Of a DNA stretch of 46,857 bases, positions 7,013 through 16,900 are shown piece after piece. A program made the position numbers and the translations under genes. The notes beneath the pieces were generated by a model. The model was not told where the DNA came from and searched no databases. It was given only the letters and a program-made list of their open reading frames with translations. How positions within the stretch are numbered: position 1 is the first letter of the stretch; every line of letters starts with the position of its first letter. Origin of the DNA: an uncultured bacterium (GTDB lineage: Bacteria; Muiribacteriota; Ozemobacteria; Ozemobacterales; Ozemobacteraceae). The stretch is from NCBI GenBank assembly GCA_964522035.1, contig CAZFUG010000003.1:1-46857 (forward strand). Direction: 5' to 3'.

Positions 7013-8602
7013 TTAAATGGCGTCTTTGAGCTGCAGGATGGTTCTGACGAGAACTTCGCGGAAAGCGGTGCGCAGCTGTTCGTTGAGAACCTTGAAGCCG
7101 ATCAGTTCTACCGGTGCCAGGTCGTCAGTAAGAATCAGATCTGACTTTTCGGCGTCCTTGAGGCCGGGAAAAGCCCGCTGAGTGAGCTTGAACAACGGGT
7201 GATCGATCGGCAGGGCATCGAAATTGGCTTTGAAATTGTCAAAAATCTGACCGTCGCGTGAAACGAAAAACACGCGGTTATAGTAATCAGGGTGCGTGCA
7301 GAGCATCACCTTCGGAAACAGGCCCTGCAGAGTACCGGTCAGATAACTGACGAGATCGGGTTTTATCTGCGACCGCATGTTGACGTTGATAACCAGAACC
7401 CCGTCGTCGGAGAGATTGCGCATCAACTGCTGAAAGAACTCTCTGGTAGCCATGTGAAACGGGTAGGTTACGTCCTGAAAGGCGTCGAGAAAGATAATGC
7501 GGTATTTTTTGTCGGTCTTCGTCAGAAAGGCCCGCCCATCATCGACGAATACTCTGGCATCGTCATCGGTCAGCGCAAAGTATTTGCGGCCGGCCTCGAC
7601 GATACCGGGGTCTATTTCGACGCCGTCGATCTGACTGTCAGGAAAGTATTTGCGGCAGAGCTTGGCAAAGGTGCCGGTGGCAAAACCAAGCACCAGAACC
7701 GGCACCTTCTCAGACTTTTCGGCCGGCTTGAGAAAATAATGCGACAGCAGTGCCAGATCATAACAGAGATCGGTGAGGCCCATGTCAGGCGCATACATCG
7801 ACTGCACACCGAGAAAAACGTGCGTTGACAGGGTGGTCACATCATCTTTGCGGTTGATCAGCAGATAGTTATAGATCGACTCGGCTTCGCACAGCGGCTT
7901 TTCCCAGAAGGCGAACGACGGCGAAGATGGCGTTACAGCCAGAATAAAAATAAGCAGCAGAGCAACCCCTGGCTTCGCGCCGCCAAGACGGGTGCGCAGC
8001 GCATTCAGCACAGCAAGCAGCGCCAGAACGCCGGCGAAGAGAAAGAAGGTGCGATTGGTGCCAAGGGTCGGGATTGTCAGAAAAGTCGGCAGAAACGTGC
8101 CGAAAATACTGCCAAGCGTCGAGAGAGCATAGATTTCGCCGGCAATCTGGCCGTTATTATCGAGGTTGCGGGTTGCCACCTTGATCATGCATGGCGAAGT
8201 GGCGCCGAGAATGACGCACGGCACCGCAAACAGCACGGCACAGGCGAGAAAACTGCCAACCAGGATCGGATTTTCCGGAAAAAGAACGATAGCGGCACCC
8301 GAAATCGCCACGATAATATGCTTGCCGACAACCGGAATCAGGGCCACCCAGATCGAAGCCCAGAGAATCAGCTGGTAAAGACGGCTCTCAGGGTTCTGGT
8401 GATCGGCCATACGGCCGCCAATGAAATTGCCAAGGCTGATGGCGACGAGAATGACGCCGATGATGATTGTCCAGGTGATCATCGACGAACCGAAATACGG
8501 CGCCATAAAGCGGCTCGAAGCGATCTCGACGCCCATTATCGACGCCCCGCACATGAATGTAGTCAAATAAAGAAAAGCGTTTCTTTTCATAAAAATTGCC
8601 AT
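7013..8602 (-). CDS. Fused membrane (MFS-like) / spermidine-synthase-like methyltransferase-fold protein
   Basis: 529 aa. The N-terminal ~220 aa are polytopic membrane helices. The C-terminal half has the spermidine-synthase-type SAM-fold motifs (VLVLGFATGT ... DGVEIDP ... IIFLDAF). Confidence 0.75.
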   Translation of the reverse strand: MAIFMKRNAFLYLTTFMCGASIMGVEIASSRFMAPYFGSSMITWTIIIGVILVAISLGNFIGGRMADHQNPESRLYQLILWASIWVALIPVVGKHIIVAISGAAIVLFPENPILVGSFLACAVLFAVPCVILGATSPCMIKVATRNLDNNGQIAGEIYALSTLGSIFGTFLPTFLTIPTLGTNRTFFLFAGVLALLAVLNALRTRLGGAKPGVALLLIFILAVTPSSPSFAFWEKPLCEAESIYNYLLINRKDDVTTLSTHVFLGVQSMYAPDMGLTDLCYDLALLSHYFLKPAEKSEKVPVLVLGFATGTFAKLCRKYFPDSQIDGVEIDPGIVEAGRKYFALTDDDARVFVDDGRAFLTKTDKKYRIIFLDAFQDVTYPFHMATREFFQQLMRNLSDDGVLVINVNMRSQIKPDLVSYLTGTLQGLFPKVMLCTHPDYYNRVFFVSRDGQIFDNFKANFDALPIDHPLFKLTQRAFPGLKDAEKSDLILTDDLAPVELIGFKVLNEQLRTAFREVLVRTILQLKDAI

Positions 8603-8735
8603 AATCCTTAGATATTACAGTACAGCCATGGGGCCATAACAAATCAGACTCTCGAAGAGTTGCCGGCAGACAATAAACTTTTGAATATAATACGCATTAA
8701 ATCAATCTGAAGCCACAATCATGATAAAAAAGCCA

Positions 8736-8765
8736 AAAGCCGGGGCTGCAAGCAACCCCGGCTTT
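8736..8765 (-). terminator. Intrinsic terminator closing the tpsA-tpsB-ybjN-like operon
   Basis: AAAGCCGGGG-N10-CCCCGGCTTT is a perfect 10-bp stem, 18 nt after the stop at 8783. On the minus strand it is followed by TTGGCTTTTTT. Confidence 0.7.
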
Positions 8766-8782
8766 CAAAAATCAGCTTAATT

Positions 8783-9238
8783 TCAGGCTTCGGCAGTTTT
8801 AGCGGCTGAATTACCCCATACAATCTGCATCAGAGGGCGATAGTTTTCTTCAAGATTTTTAACGCTCAGGTCAATGAGAGCTCTGATCATGTTGGGTTCG
8901 AACTGTTCACTGGTAGTGGGCAGACAGATATCCATCACGATTTCGCCGGCTTCGGTCACGAAATACTTGAAGGTTTTATAGCTGCTGTTGAGAGTGTTCA
9001 GAAACTTGAGGGTTTCGAGGCGATTCGCATCGGTGAGGCATTTGCCGGCCACAAGAGTGCGGCAGATTACATAAATGCTGTCGTCGATTATTACAACCAG
9101 CGGCAGGCGCTGCCCTTCGATTTCCATTGAAGATCTGAAAAGAACCGTATTCAGTTCATCTTTGACTTCTTCTGGGGAAAAACAGTTGATGCCGTTATCA
9201 GTCAGCATTTTCGCGAATTTTTCGGCCTTGGTGTTCAT
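8783..9238 (-). CDS. YbjN-like / type III secretion chaperone-fold protein (tentative)
   Basis: 151 aa, acidic, with no signal peptide. The alternating beta/alpha pattern (...LPLVVIIDDSIYVICRTLV..., ...YFVTEAGEIVMDICLP...) resembles YbjN-family proteins. SD AGGAG. It lies 19 nt downstream of tpsB. Confidence 0.45.
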   Translation of the reverse strand: MNTKAEKFAKMLTDNGINCFSPEEVKDELNTVLFRSSMEIEGQRLPLVVIIDDSIYVICRTLVAGKCLTDANRLETLKFLNTLNSSYKTFKYFVTEAGEIVMDICLPTTSEQFEPNMIRALIDLSVKNLEENYRPLMQIVWGNSAAKTAEA

Positions 9239-9257
9239 TGTCTGCTCCTATTTTTTA

Positions 9258-10904
9258 TTAAAAAGAAATACTCATCGAAAGTTCGACCTTCTGACCATCC
9301 ACCTGCTGGTTGTTCAATTCTTTGGCGAGCGGATAACCAACGCTCAGAACGACCTGAGAATCATTGGCAAATGAATGGCTGAAACCGAAACCAAGCGAAT
9401 GAATCATTCTGTCTGTTACAAAACTCTTACCATATATTTTACCCCAGTCGTAGAAGGTAAACATCTTTGTTGTTTTCATGCCCTTCAGAGGGAAAAAGTA
9501 ATCAAGTTTGAGGTTCATGCCGCCGTCGCCACCAATAACGCTTTCTTCATAACCCCTGACACTATACATACCGCCCAGAAAAAACTGGTCAGCCGAGGGC
9601 ATGAATTCATCTTTGGCTTTCTGAGCGCTGAGGCGCAGATTGAGCTGCTGATTACCGCGCAAAACCTTCTGCCACATGGCATCTATCTGATATTTCTGCA
9701 CTTTTTTATCTTCGCCCAGACCATCATAGTCACAGAAAGTGATCAGCGGCTTGCAGTAAAGCGCCTGGCCGGGGGAGAGTCTTAAAAATGACGAACCGAT
9801 TGAAAAACGCTTTTCGCTGTCATCAACGAAGGTAATGCCAAACACACGGTTTTCAGAGTTCTGGCGCTGGGCATCGAAGATCAGTTCGCTTTTAAGCCTG
9901 GCCGTTACCTGCAGAGGGTGAGTGATCGAGAAACCGCTTGCCTGAGAACGGCCGCGAATTTCAAGACCGGCATTGTCAATCAGAAGGTTATTGAAGCTGT
10001 GGTAAAGCGACACTCTGGTACCGCGCCGGCTTATCGGCACGTTGTAGCCAAGCATTGCCGCTTTTGATGAATTTGACATCAGCGAAGTCATGGTAAAGGC
10101 ATCACGATTACCGATAACGCTGGAATCAGAGAAGGTCAGGCCCGTACGAGTCTCGCCGGTGCTTTTGTTGCCGGCCGTATCGACAAACAGAACGGCAGTC
10201 TTGTCTAATGGCTCATAAGCCAGAAGAAAACAGTCGGTAGTGCCTGGCTTCTCTCCGGCCTGCAGCTTGATGCGAACTTTCATGTCGTTTGTGCCGTTAA
10301 ACCATGCAAGATCACGATCAAGCGCTCTGATATCGAGAAGTTCACCCTGCGGCACATCGATGCGCCCTCTGATGTAGCCTGAGCGGGTATTGGCATTGCC
10401 CTGAACCAGAACATTGCCGATTTTACCTTCAATCAGAAGGACCTTCAGTTTGCCATCCTTGATTTCCTGGGGGGGTAGAACCGCCATAGCCGTAATATAG
10501 CCATGACTGCGGTACCATTTATTGATATTGCCGATAAATTCTTTAAGTTCGGCAATACCTATTTCACGATTCACATATTTTGCAGCCATTTCCTGCAGCA
10601 TTTCCTGAGGCAAAACCGAAGACTCCGAGAACTCGACGGCTTTAAGATTCACTCTGGTTTCAGGAACCGATGGCTCAGGAATTGGAGCGGCATTTGCAGG
10701 TTTTTCATCCTTTTCCTGGCTTTCCATTTCCTTTTTAAGTTCGCGTTCCATTCGGGTTTTCTGCAGATTGTCGAGAATCCTGTTCAGATCGGCACCAGAA
10801 GTTCTTGCCGGCTCGATAGCCGGCGCAGGCGGGTTGGCAAAAGAACAGGTCAAAGAGGCACAAACAAAAAGAGTTGTCAGCAAAGAGCTTCTATTTTTCA
10901 GCAT
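9258..10904 (-). CDS. tpsB: TpsB outer-membrane transporter (ShlB/FhaC/HecB family, POTRA + beta-barrel)
   Basis: 548 aa with a signal peptide. POTRA-like ...VEFSESSVLPQEMLQEMAAKYVNREIGIAELKEFIGNINKWYRSHGYITAMAVLPPQEIKDGKLKVLLIEGKIG. A beta-barrel follows, ending in ...ELSMSISF (C-terminal Phe). Its ATG shares one nt with the tpsA TGA. Confidence 0.9.
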   Translation of the reverse strand: MLKNRSSLLTTLFVCASLTCSFANPPAPAIEPARTSGADLNRILDNLQKTRMERELKKEMESQEKDEKPANAAPIPEPSVPETRVNLKAVEFSESSVLPQEMLQEMAAKYVNREIGIAELKEFIGNINKWYRSHGYITAMAVLPPQEIKDGKLKVLLIEGKIGNVLVQGNANTRSGYIRGRIDVPQGELLDIRALDRDLAWFNGTNDMKVRIKLQAGEKPGTTDCFLLAYEPLDKTAVLFVDTAGNKSTGETRTGLTFSDSSVIGNRDAFTMTSLMSNSSKAAMLGYNVPISRRGTRVSLYHSFNNLLIDNAGLEIRGRSQASGFSITHPLQVTARLKSELIFDAQRQNSENRVFGITFVDDSEKRFSIGSSFLRLSPGQALYCKPLITFCDYDGLGEDKKVQKYQIDAMWQKVLRGNQQLNLRLSAQKAKDEFMPSADQFFLGGMYSVRGYEESVIGGDGGMNLKLDYFFPLKGMKTTKMFTFYDWGKIYGKSFVTDRMIHSLGFGFSHSFANDSQVVLSVGYPLAKELNNQQVDGQKVELSMSISF

Positions 10905-13900
10905 CAGTCTTTGATTTCCGTTTCTGAGGTTTCATTTTCAACATCTGCAGACATTTCGCGTTCTTCTTCATCTGAATCGGTCAGAAATACCCTGTTTCCA
11001 TGGCTTGCGAGTTTTCCTGAAACGGCATTATCACTGCTGACAGCAGAATAATCGATCATATCTTCAGAACTGCCTGCACCCTCCAGTCCAGCATTGTCAC
11101 GGGCTTTTACATCTTTTCCCATACCCGCGAAATTGCTGCTGAAAATGCCTGCGACTCTGTCGGTCAGGCTCATTTCACTGCGCTGTTTTGCGCGGCGGGT
11201 GACACTTACGCCAGAGCCTGCGAATTTTATTTCAGAAGAGCTGTTTTCGCTGCCGGTAACGACAACTGAAGTCTGATTGTTGGCAAATTGCCCGAGTCCG
11301 AGAAGATCAACGCTGTTGAGCTGTAAATTATCACAGTCTGCGTTGATTCTGGCAGTAATACTGTCAAGATTATCTACCTGAACACCTTTGCCCGACGTAA
11401 TCTTATCAATTGTCACGTCATTCATGTATCTGCCATTGGACCCGGTAAATCCAAGCTTCAGATTATCACCGGTTTCTGTATGCTCAAGCAGACCGCCTTT
11501 GAATTCTCCGGCGGTGACATTCATAGATTCACCAAGCGCGGCCTGGTCGACGTTCACCCTGCCCTGATCGTTGTTGATAATGAGCGTTACCCTTTTTCCG
11601 CCAATATTGGCCAGCATGATATCTCCATTTTCGGTTAAACCGTAAACATCTTCTTCTGCGAGAAGATCATGCACATTGATGCCGCCGGATTCAGCAATCT
11701 GATTGACAGCACTGCCTGAAACTCTGCTGTCTGTTGCGGCTTCAGCATCTTCAAGGTGCAATCTCAGGTTCAGATCAGACTTGCCGGCCAGGTTCAGAGC
11801 CAGTGAGCTCTGAGCCACACCGGAAGTAAGTTTTACATTTCTTGCCCTGACGGTGCGGGCAGTAATGTTGCCTGTGGCGTTAACAGTGAGGTCGTTCGCA
11901 GCAGTCAGTCTGTAATTTGAATTTAATGAGCCGATTAGATTTATCGTAACCATTCTGGCTTCGATATCTCCGAGAGCGGTTATATTGCCGTTATTCCCTA
12001 TGGTAAGGCTGTCACCGCCTCTGACATACTTCAGCTGCAAAGCGGTCTTGTTTTTGAGCACCGTATCGCCACGCCGGTTTTCGATGCCGGCGGTAAGAAT
12101 CTCATTGTTCAGACTGTCGAGAGACATGCCTTCTCTGGTCATTACCTGCAAAGTTCCAGCTTTGATTGCAGATGACGATTCGTTCTGGGTTATCGTGTCA
12201 GCATTGACCTCAAGATAGCCAGAAGAAACATTGCCGGCAAATTCAAGATTGCCGATCTGTTGAATTCTGTCTCTTTCCCTTTCGGTGTTTGCAACACTGC
12301 TGAAACCGGCCAGCTTCAGGCTAACCGAATTGCCAAATTCAATTCTGCCGGTCGATGAGTTGCTTAATGATGCCTGTTTGATCTGGTTATCAATATTGCT
12401 TAACAGCATGCCGTTCTGGGTTACCGCACTGAGATTGTCGGTTATGATCCTGCTGCCACGGTTCTGAGTTAAAGCCAGTGCCTTGAGGTCAATGTTCAGA
12501 GCATTCAGTTCTCTTTCAATCATCAGGCCAGCAGCACAATTCACGAGCATCTTGTCTGATACAGAGGTGGATTTGTTAACTGCCGACAAAATCAGATCGG
12601 TTTTATTCTTCAGTTCCACATTTCCCTTCGTTGCGTTGGCAAGATCAGCACGGCCGATCTCATTATTTGTGCTGTCGATCGAAATACCGTTCACAGCGCT
12701 GACCAGGAGATCAGCAGCCTTAACCACGCTCGACGCTTCGTCCTGCGTAATTGAATCAGCCTTGAGATCGATTCTTTTACCGATCACATTCCCGTTAAGG
12801 CTGATGCTTCCGGTATTTTCGATGACCACTGCACCTGAATCGGCAGAATTATTTTCTGCCAGCAACAGCTTAAGAGTCGGCTTATTTCTGAACAGGATAC
12901 CGCCGGTAGTTTTATTTCTCAGAGAAGCGGCCGAGATATTGTTGAGCTGGCTGTCTATCGACATTCCATCTGTGGTTTCAACCGAAAGCTGCGTCGCGGA
13001 AATTTTGCTGGCGGCCTCATCCTGAGCGACAGACCTGGCCTTAACGAATACATTCAGGGCATTCACTGCGGCACCAAATGTTACGTCTGAAGTGCTGCCG
13101 ATGAAAAACCTAGAATTTGCGGCGGTTGATAAATTATCAATACCCATCAGTTTCAATGAAACGCTGTTTCCAAGCTCAATATCACCGGTCGAAGTATTCT
13201 TCAGGGTTGCCTGGGCAATCTGATTTGTGCCGTTGTTAAGAGACAGGCCGTTAACAGTCGTCACATTCAGGTCTGGAGTGATAACACTTCCATATCTGCC
13301 CTGGGAGATTGAAGTGGCTGAAAAATCTACCTTCGGACCTCTCACGGTACCGTTAACCGCAAGAGACCCGGTATTGACGATCTGCACCTTGTCTGCGGCG
13401 TTCACGGAATTATTATCTACCATTAAAAGTTCGAGATTAACCTTGTTTTTCAGATAGATACTGCCGCTTGTTTTATTAGCGATTGCAGCTTTGGCAATCT
13501 GGTTATTGGCACTGTCGAGCGAAAAACCCTTTTCGGCTCCGGCTTCAAGTTTATCGGTAACTATACTGCTGGTTTTCTCATTCTGAGAAACCGAAAGAGC
13601 CTTGACCGAAACGTTCTTTGCGTTAACTGCCCCGGCAAAATCTACAGCCGCAGTGCTGTTTACCGAAAACATCGATGAAGTTGAGGTCGAAGAGTTGGTA
13701 ATGCCGGCAAGGGTAAGAGCGATCTTATTGCCGAGCGAGATGTTGCCATTCTTCGAATTGCTCAGCGTTGCTTTTTTGATCTGGTTTTCCAGGCTCTGCA
13801 GATTCATGCCGTCACTGGTGGCAACATTCAGATTGTCGGTTTTTATGCTGCTGACAGAATCCTGACTGACAGCTGTTGCGGCAATTTCGATATTTTTGGC

Positions 13901-16900
13901 ATCGACAGCCCCGCCAAACGTCAGATTAGCTGTATTGTTAACTATCAGCTTATCAGTAGACGCCGTTGAAGAATTGGTTATGCCCAGAAGTTTGAGAGCA
14001 GATTTGTTTTTCAGCAGAATACTGCCTGAATTATTGCTGATCGCGGCATTCGATATCTGGTTGTTCAGACTGTCGAGAGCAAAACCGGCTGTGGTTACGG
14101 AATTCAGGGTTCCGGCCTTGATGCTGCTCTTCGCTTCATCCTGCGAGACCAAAGTGGTGTTTACATCCATGGTACCGGCTTCAACCGCATCGCTGAAGTT
14201 AACTGCGGCAGTATCGCTGACAACCTTGAACGCGCCTGTCGAAGCGGTTTTCACTTTACCGATATTCAGTGCCGGCTTACTCGAAGCATTCGTCAAGCCT
14301 TTGATAAAAATGCTGCCGCCAGCAGTTGCATCAACAGAATCAAGGTTGTCTGTAAGCAGTCTGATGCCCTTACCGTCTTCGCCGATGTTTCCTGAATCAG
14401 AAACCAGCGTCAGCTTGCCAAGAGCATTGACATAGCCTGAATCGTCGAAGGTTATACCGGTATTGACGCTGCCCATATTTTTGAAAGAGCGGATTTTAAC
14501 ATCTCCGCCGCCGTAAAGAGCCGAAATATTCAGAGTATTCGCACTGTTCTGGAAGATATTGATATAACCTTCGGCTCTGGCGGTAAGTTTGCCGCTCAAA
14601 TCGGTCACGATTGCCTTGTCTGTTGTCCCAATAGCGCTGGTTGTGCCGACCGCGCCGCCTTCGATTATGAGATCTTTTCCTTTTACGTTAACGGAAGCGG
14701 CATTCGAGTTCAGGTTGAAAATACCGTCTTTGCCGAGAAGGCGTATGTCGCTGCTGCCGGCATTGACGTTCTTCAGATAGATCGGGTCTTCGGTAGCAGC
14801 GGCAATATAGATATTGTTTTTGGCAGTGGCGGTAAGACCGCCGGTTGCATCTATCATTTCGATGCCAATAGCGGTTTTGTTGTTGATGATCGCCTTGCCT
14901 TCGGCCTCTTTCCAGGTAATATCGGAAGCTTCGGCTCCCGCCAGTTTTTTGAGCACGTCGAGATTACTGCTGAGATTGGCGATGCTCAATTCTTCCGGGG
15001 TGCCATCTTTGCCGATTCCGCCGTTTACAGCGGTAAGAGTTATGTTTTTGCCCTTGACGTTGGCCGGGCGGTTAATAGAACCTGTCGAGCCGGAAGTCGG
15101 ATTCATGATCGATTTCTGCAGGGCATAGAGAAGGTTGTCTTTTGTCCAGCCGTAAGTATTATTGGCAATCTTGTAATAATCGCTCGACGCATCTGCTTTT
15201 TTAGCGGTCAGATAGGCGGCGGCAGAAGAATACGAGCCATATTTTTTCAGCAGTTCATTATAGGATGCGGTTTTTGTAACCGTCGGGTTAGCGGCATAGA
15301 AAGTCTTCTGGGCAGAGAAAGAGGCAAACTCACTCTTAACCGAATTTTCGTAATCAGCAAGCACACGCGTCTTGACCGCCGCGCTGTTATCGGTTCCATC
15401 TGCGTTGATCAAGCCCATGGAAATCCATTTTTCGACCAGATCATCGCCCTTTCGATCGTTTGAATTGTCGACAACCGGCAGAACATTGTCGAAACTGCCA
15501 TTGGTAACTTTCAGTTCGACATCGCCAGTTTCTGATTCAATGCGGCCAAGTCTCATGTCTCCAGAGGTCTGTTCGAGATAAATACCGTTGCGGGCTTTGG
15601 CATTAATGCTGGCAGACATGGTGTCGCCGGAGGCTGCCGGAGTCTGCCCGGCCTGAATCCAGAGTGCTGACCCGGTTTTACCGATACTGCCATTGTTGCT
15701 GACCAGGTCGATGCGGCGACCCTTAACAAGGGCATCAGCAGCTGAAGATCTTGAAATAGATCCATCCACAGTCAGCTTAACATCGCCGCCAGTCGTGACT
15801 TTACCGAGTTCAAGATTTCCCTGCTTACCAGACGAAGCTTTGGAAACAATATTGATATTGCCGGTTGTTGAAACCGCCGACAAAGAACCATTATCACTGA
15901 CGCCAAGATGCTTTATGGCGCCATCTGAGCCAATACCGCTCTTTGCGGTAAGATTGAGGTGGTCGCCGATCAGACGGCCGCCAGTCTGCTGGATTGAACC
16001 ATTCGTGGCCGAGATTGTCATGCTCGTTCCGGCATGACCAGCAATATCGCCTGTCATATTCACGTTCCCGGCAGAAGAAACATTCACTTTGCCGCCGCTC
16101 GTAGAACCGATGAAACCGATGTTTATATTGTGGTCAGCTTTTATGGAATGCTGGAAAGTCAGAATCTTGCCGACTGTCGAGCCCCATTTGTAATGTTCCG
16201 AACCACGTGACTTGATGGCATTGCTGTAGGTAATCCATTTATCGAAGTAGCTTGAATAGTAATCAACGTCGTTGTCATAATTGATTACATATTCACTGGT
16301 GCCGGATTTTGGCAGAGTTCCGATATAGGTTCCGGGAAGCCTGTTCTGCTCGCCAGAGCTTGAGCTGAGCAGGTTTTCTTCGCTTTCATACTCATGAATG
16401 GTGGTTTCATTTTTTGTATAGCCGCCCCAGAGCCTGAAATCGACCTTTTTATAGTAGTTTTCAACCGCCGCAACGGTTTTTCCTGTCGTCCAGTTGTAGT
16501 ATTGCCCGGTCTTTGGCGTGTAAACAGCCGAGGGCCCTGAAATGGTCGAAGTTGTCGCTCCTATCGTTCTGGTCGATGTCGAATCACGTCTGAATTCGGT
16601 AATGTTGTTCTTTTCGAGGTCAGTAATACTGATCAGACCGGCTTCCTTGCCGAGGTTGATTTTGCCAAGGGTTATCGGGCGGCTGGTCTGATTTACCAGA
16701 TTAATTTCAGAAGAACCGTCGAACGCCAGGATTTTACCGTTCCCGGTGCTGGCAATACGACCGGTCAGATATACCCGACCGCCCTTCGGATCGATATCTT
16801 CAAGAATGACCTGTTTTGTCTGCGGGTTATAATAAGCCTGAACTTCAAAATACCATTTGCCGGCAGAATCTTTTTTAACTCCGCCGGTGTTGAGTTTGTA

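Noticed and set aside
8783-12022. Contact-dependent inhibition (CdiA-CT toxin plus CdiI immunity) reading of the TPS locus.
   Set aside because: There is no VENN-type pretoxin boundary; only the incidental strings VENE and VENY occur. No recognisable toxin domain is present, and the gene after tpsA is tpsB rather than a small immunity gene. The YbjN-like ORF is kept as a separate open question.
12020-14200. Whether the periodic region could be a CRISPR array or a DNA satellite.
   Set aside because: The periodicity is ~276 nt, lies in frame within a coding ORF, and is conserved only at the protein-motif level. There are no short identical direct repeats with unique spacers.
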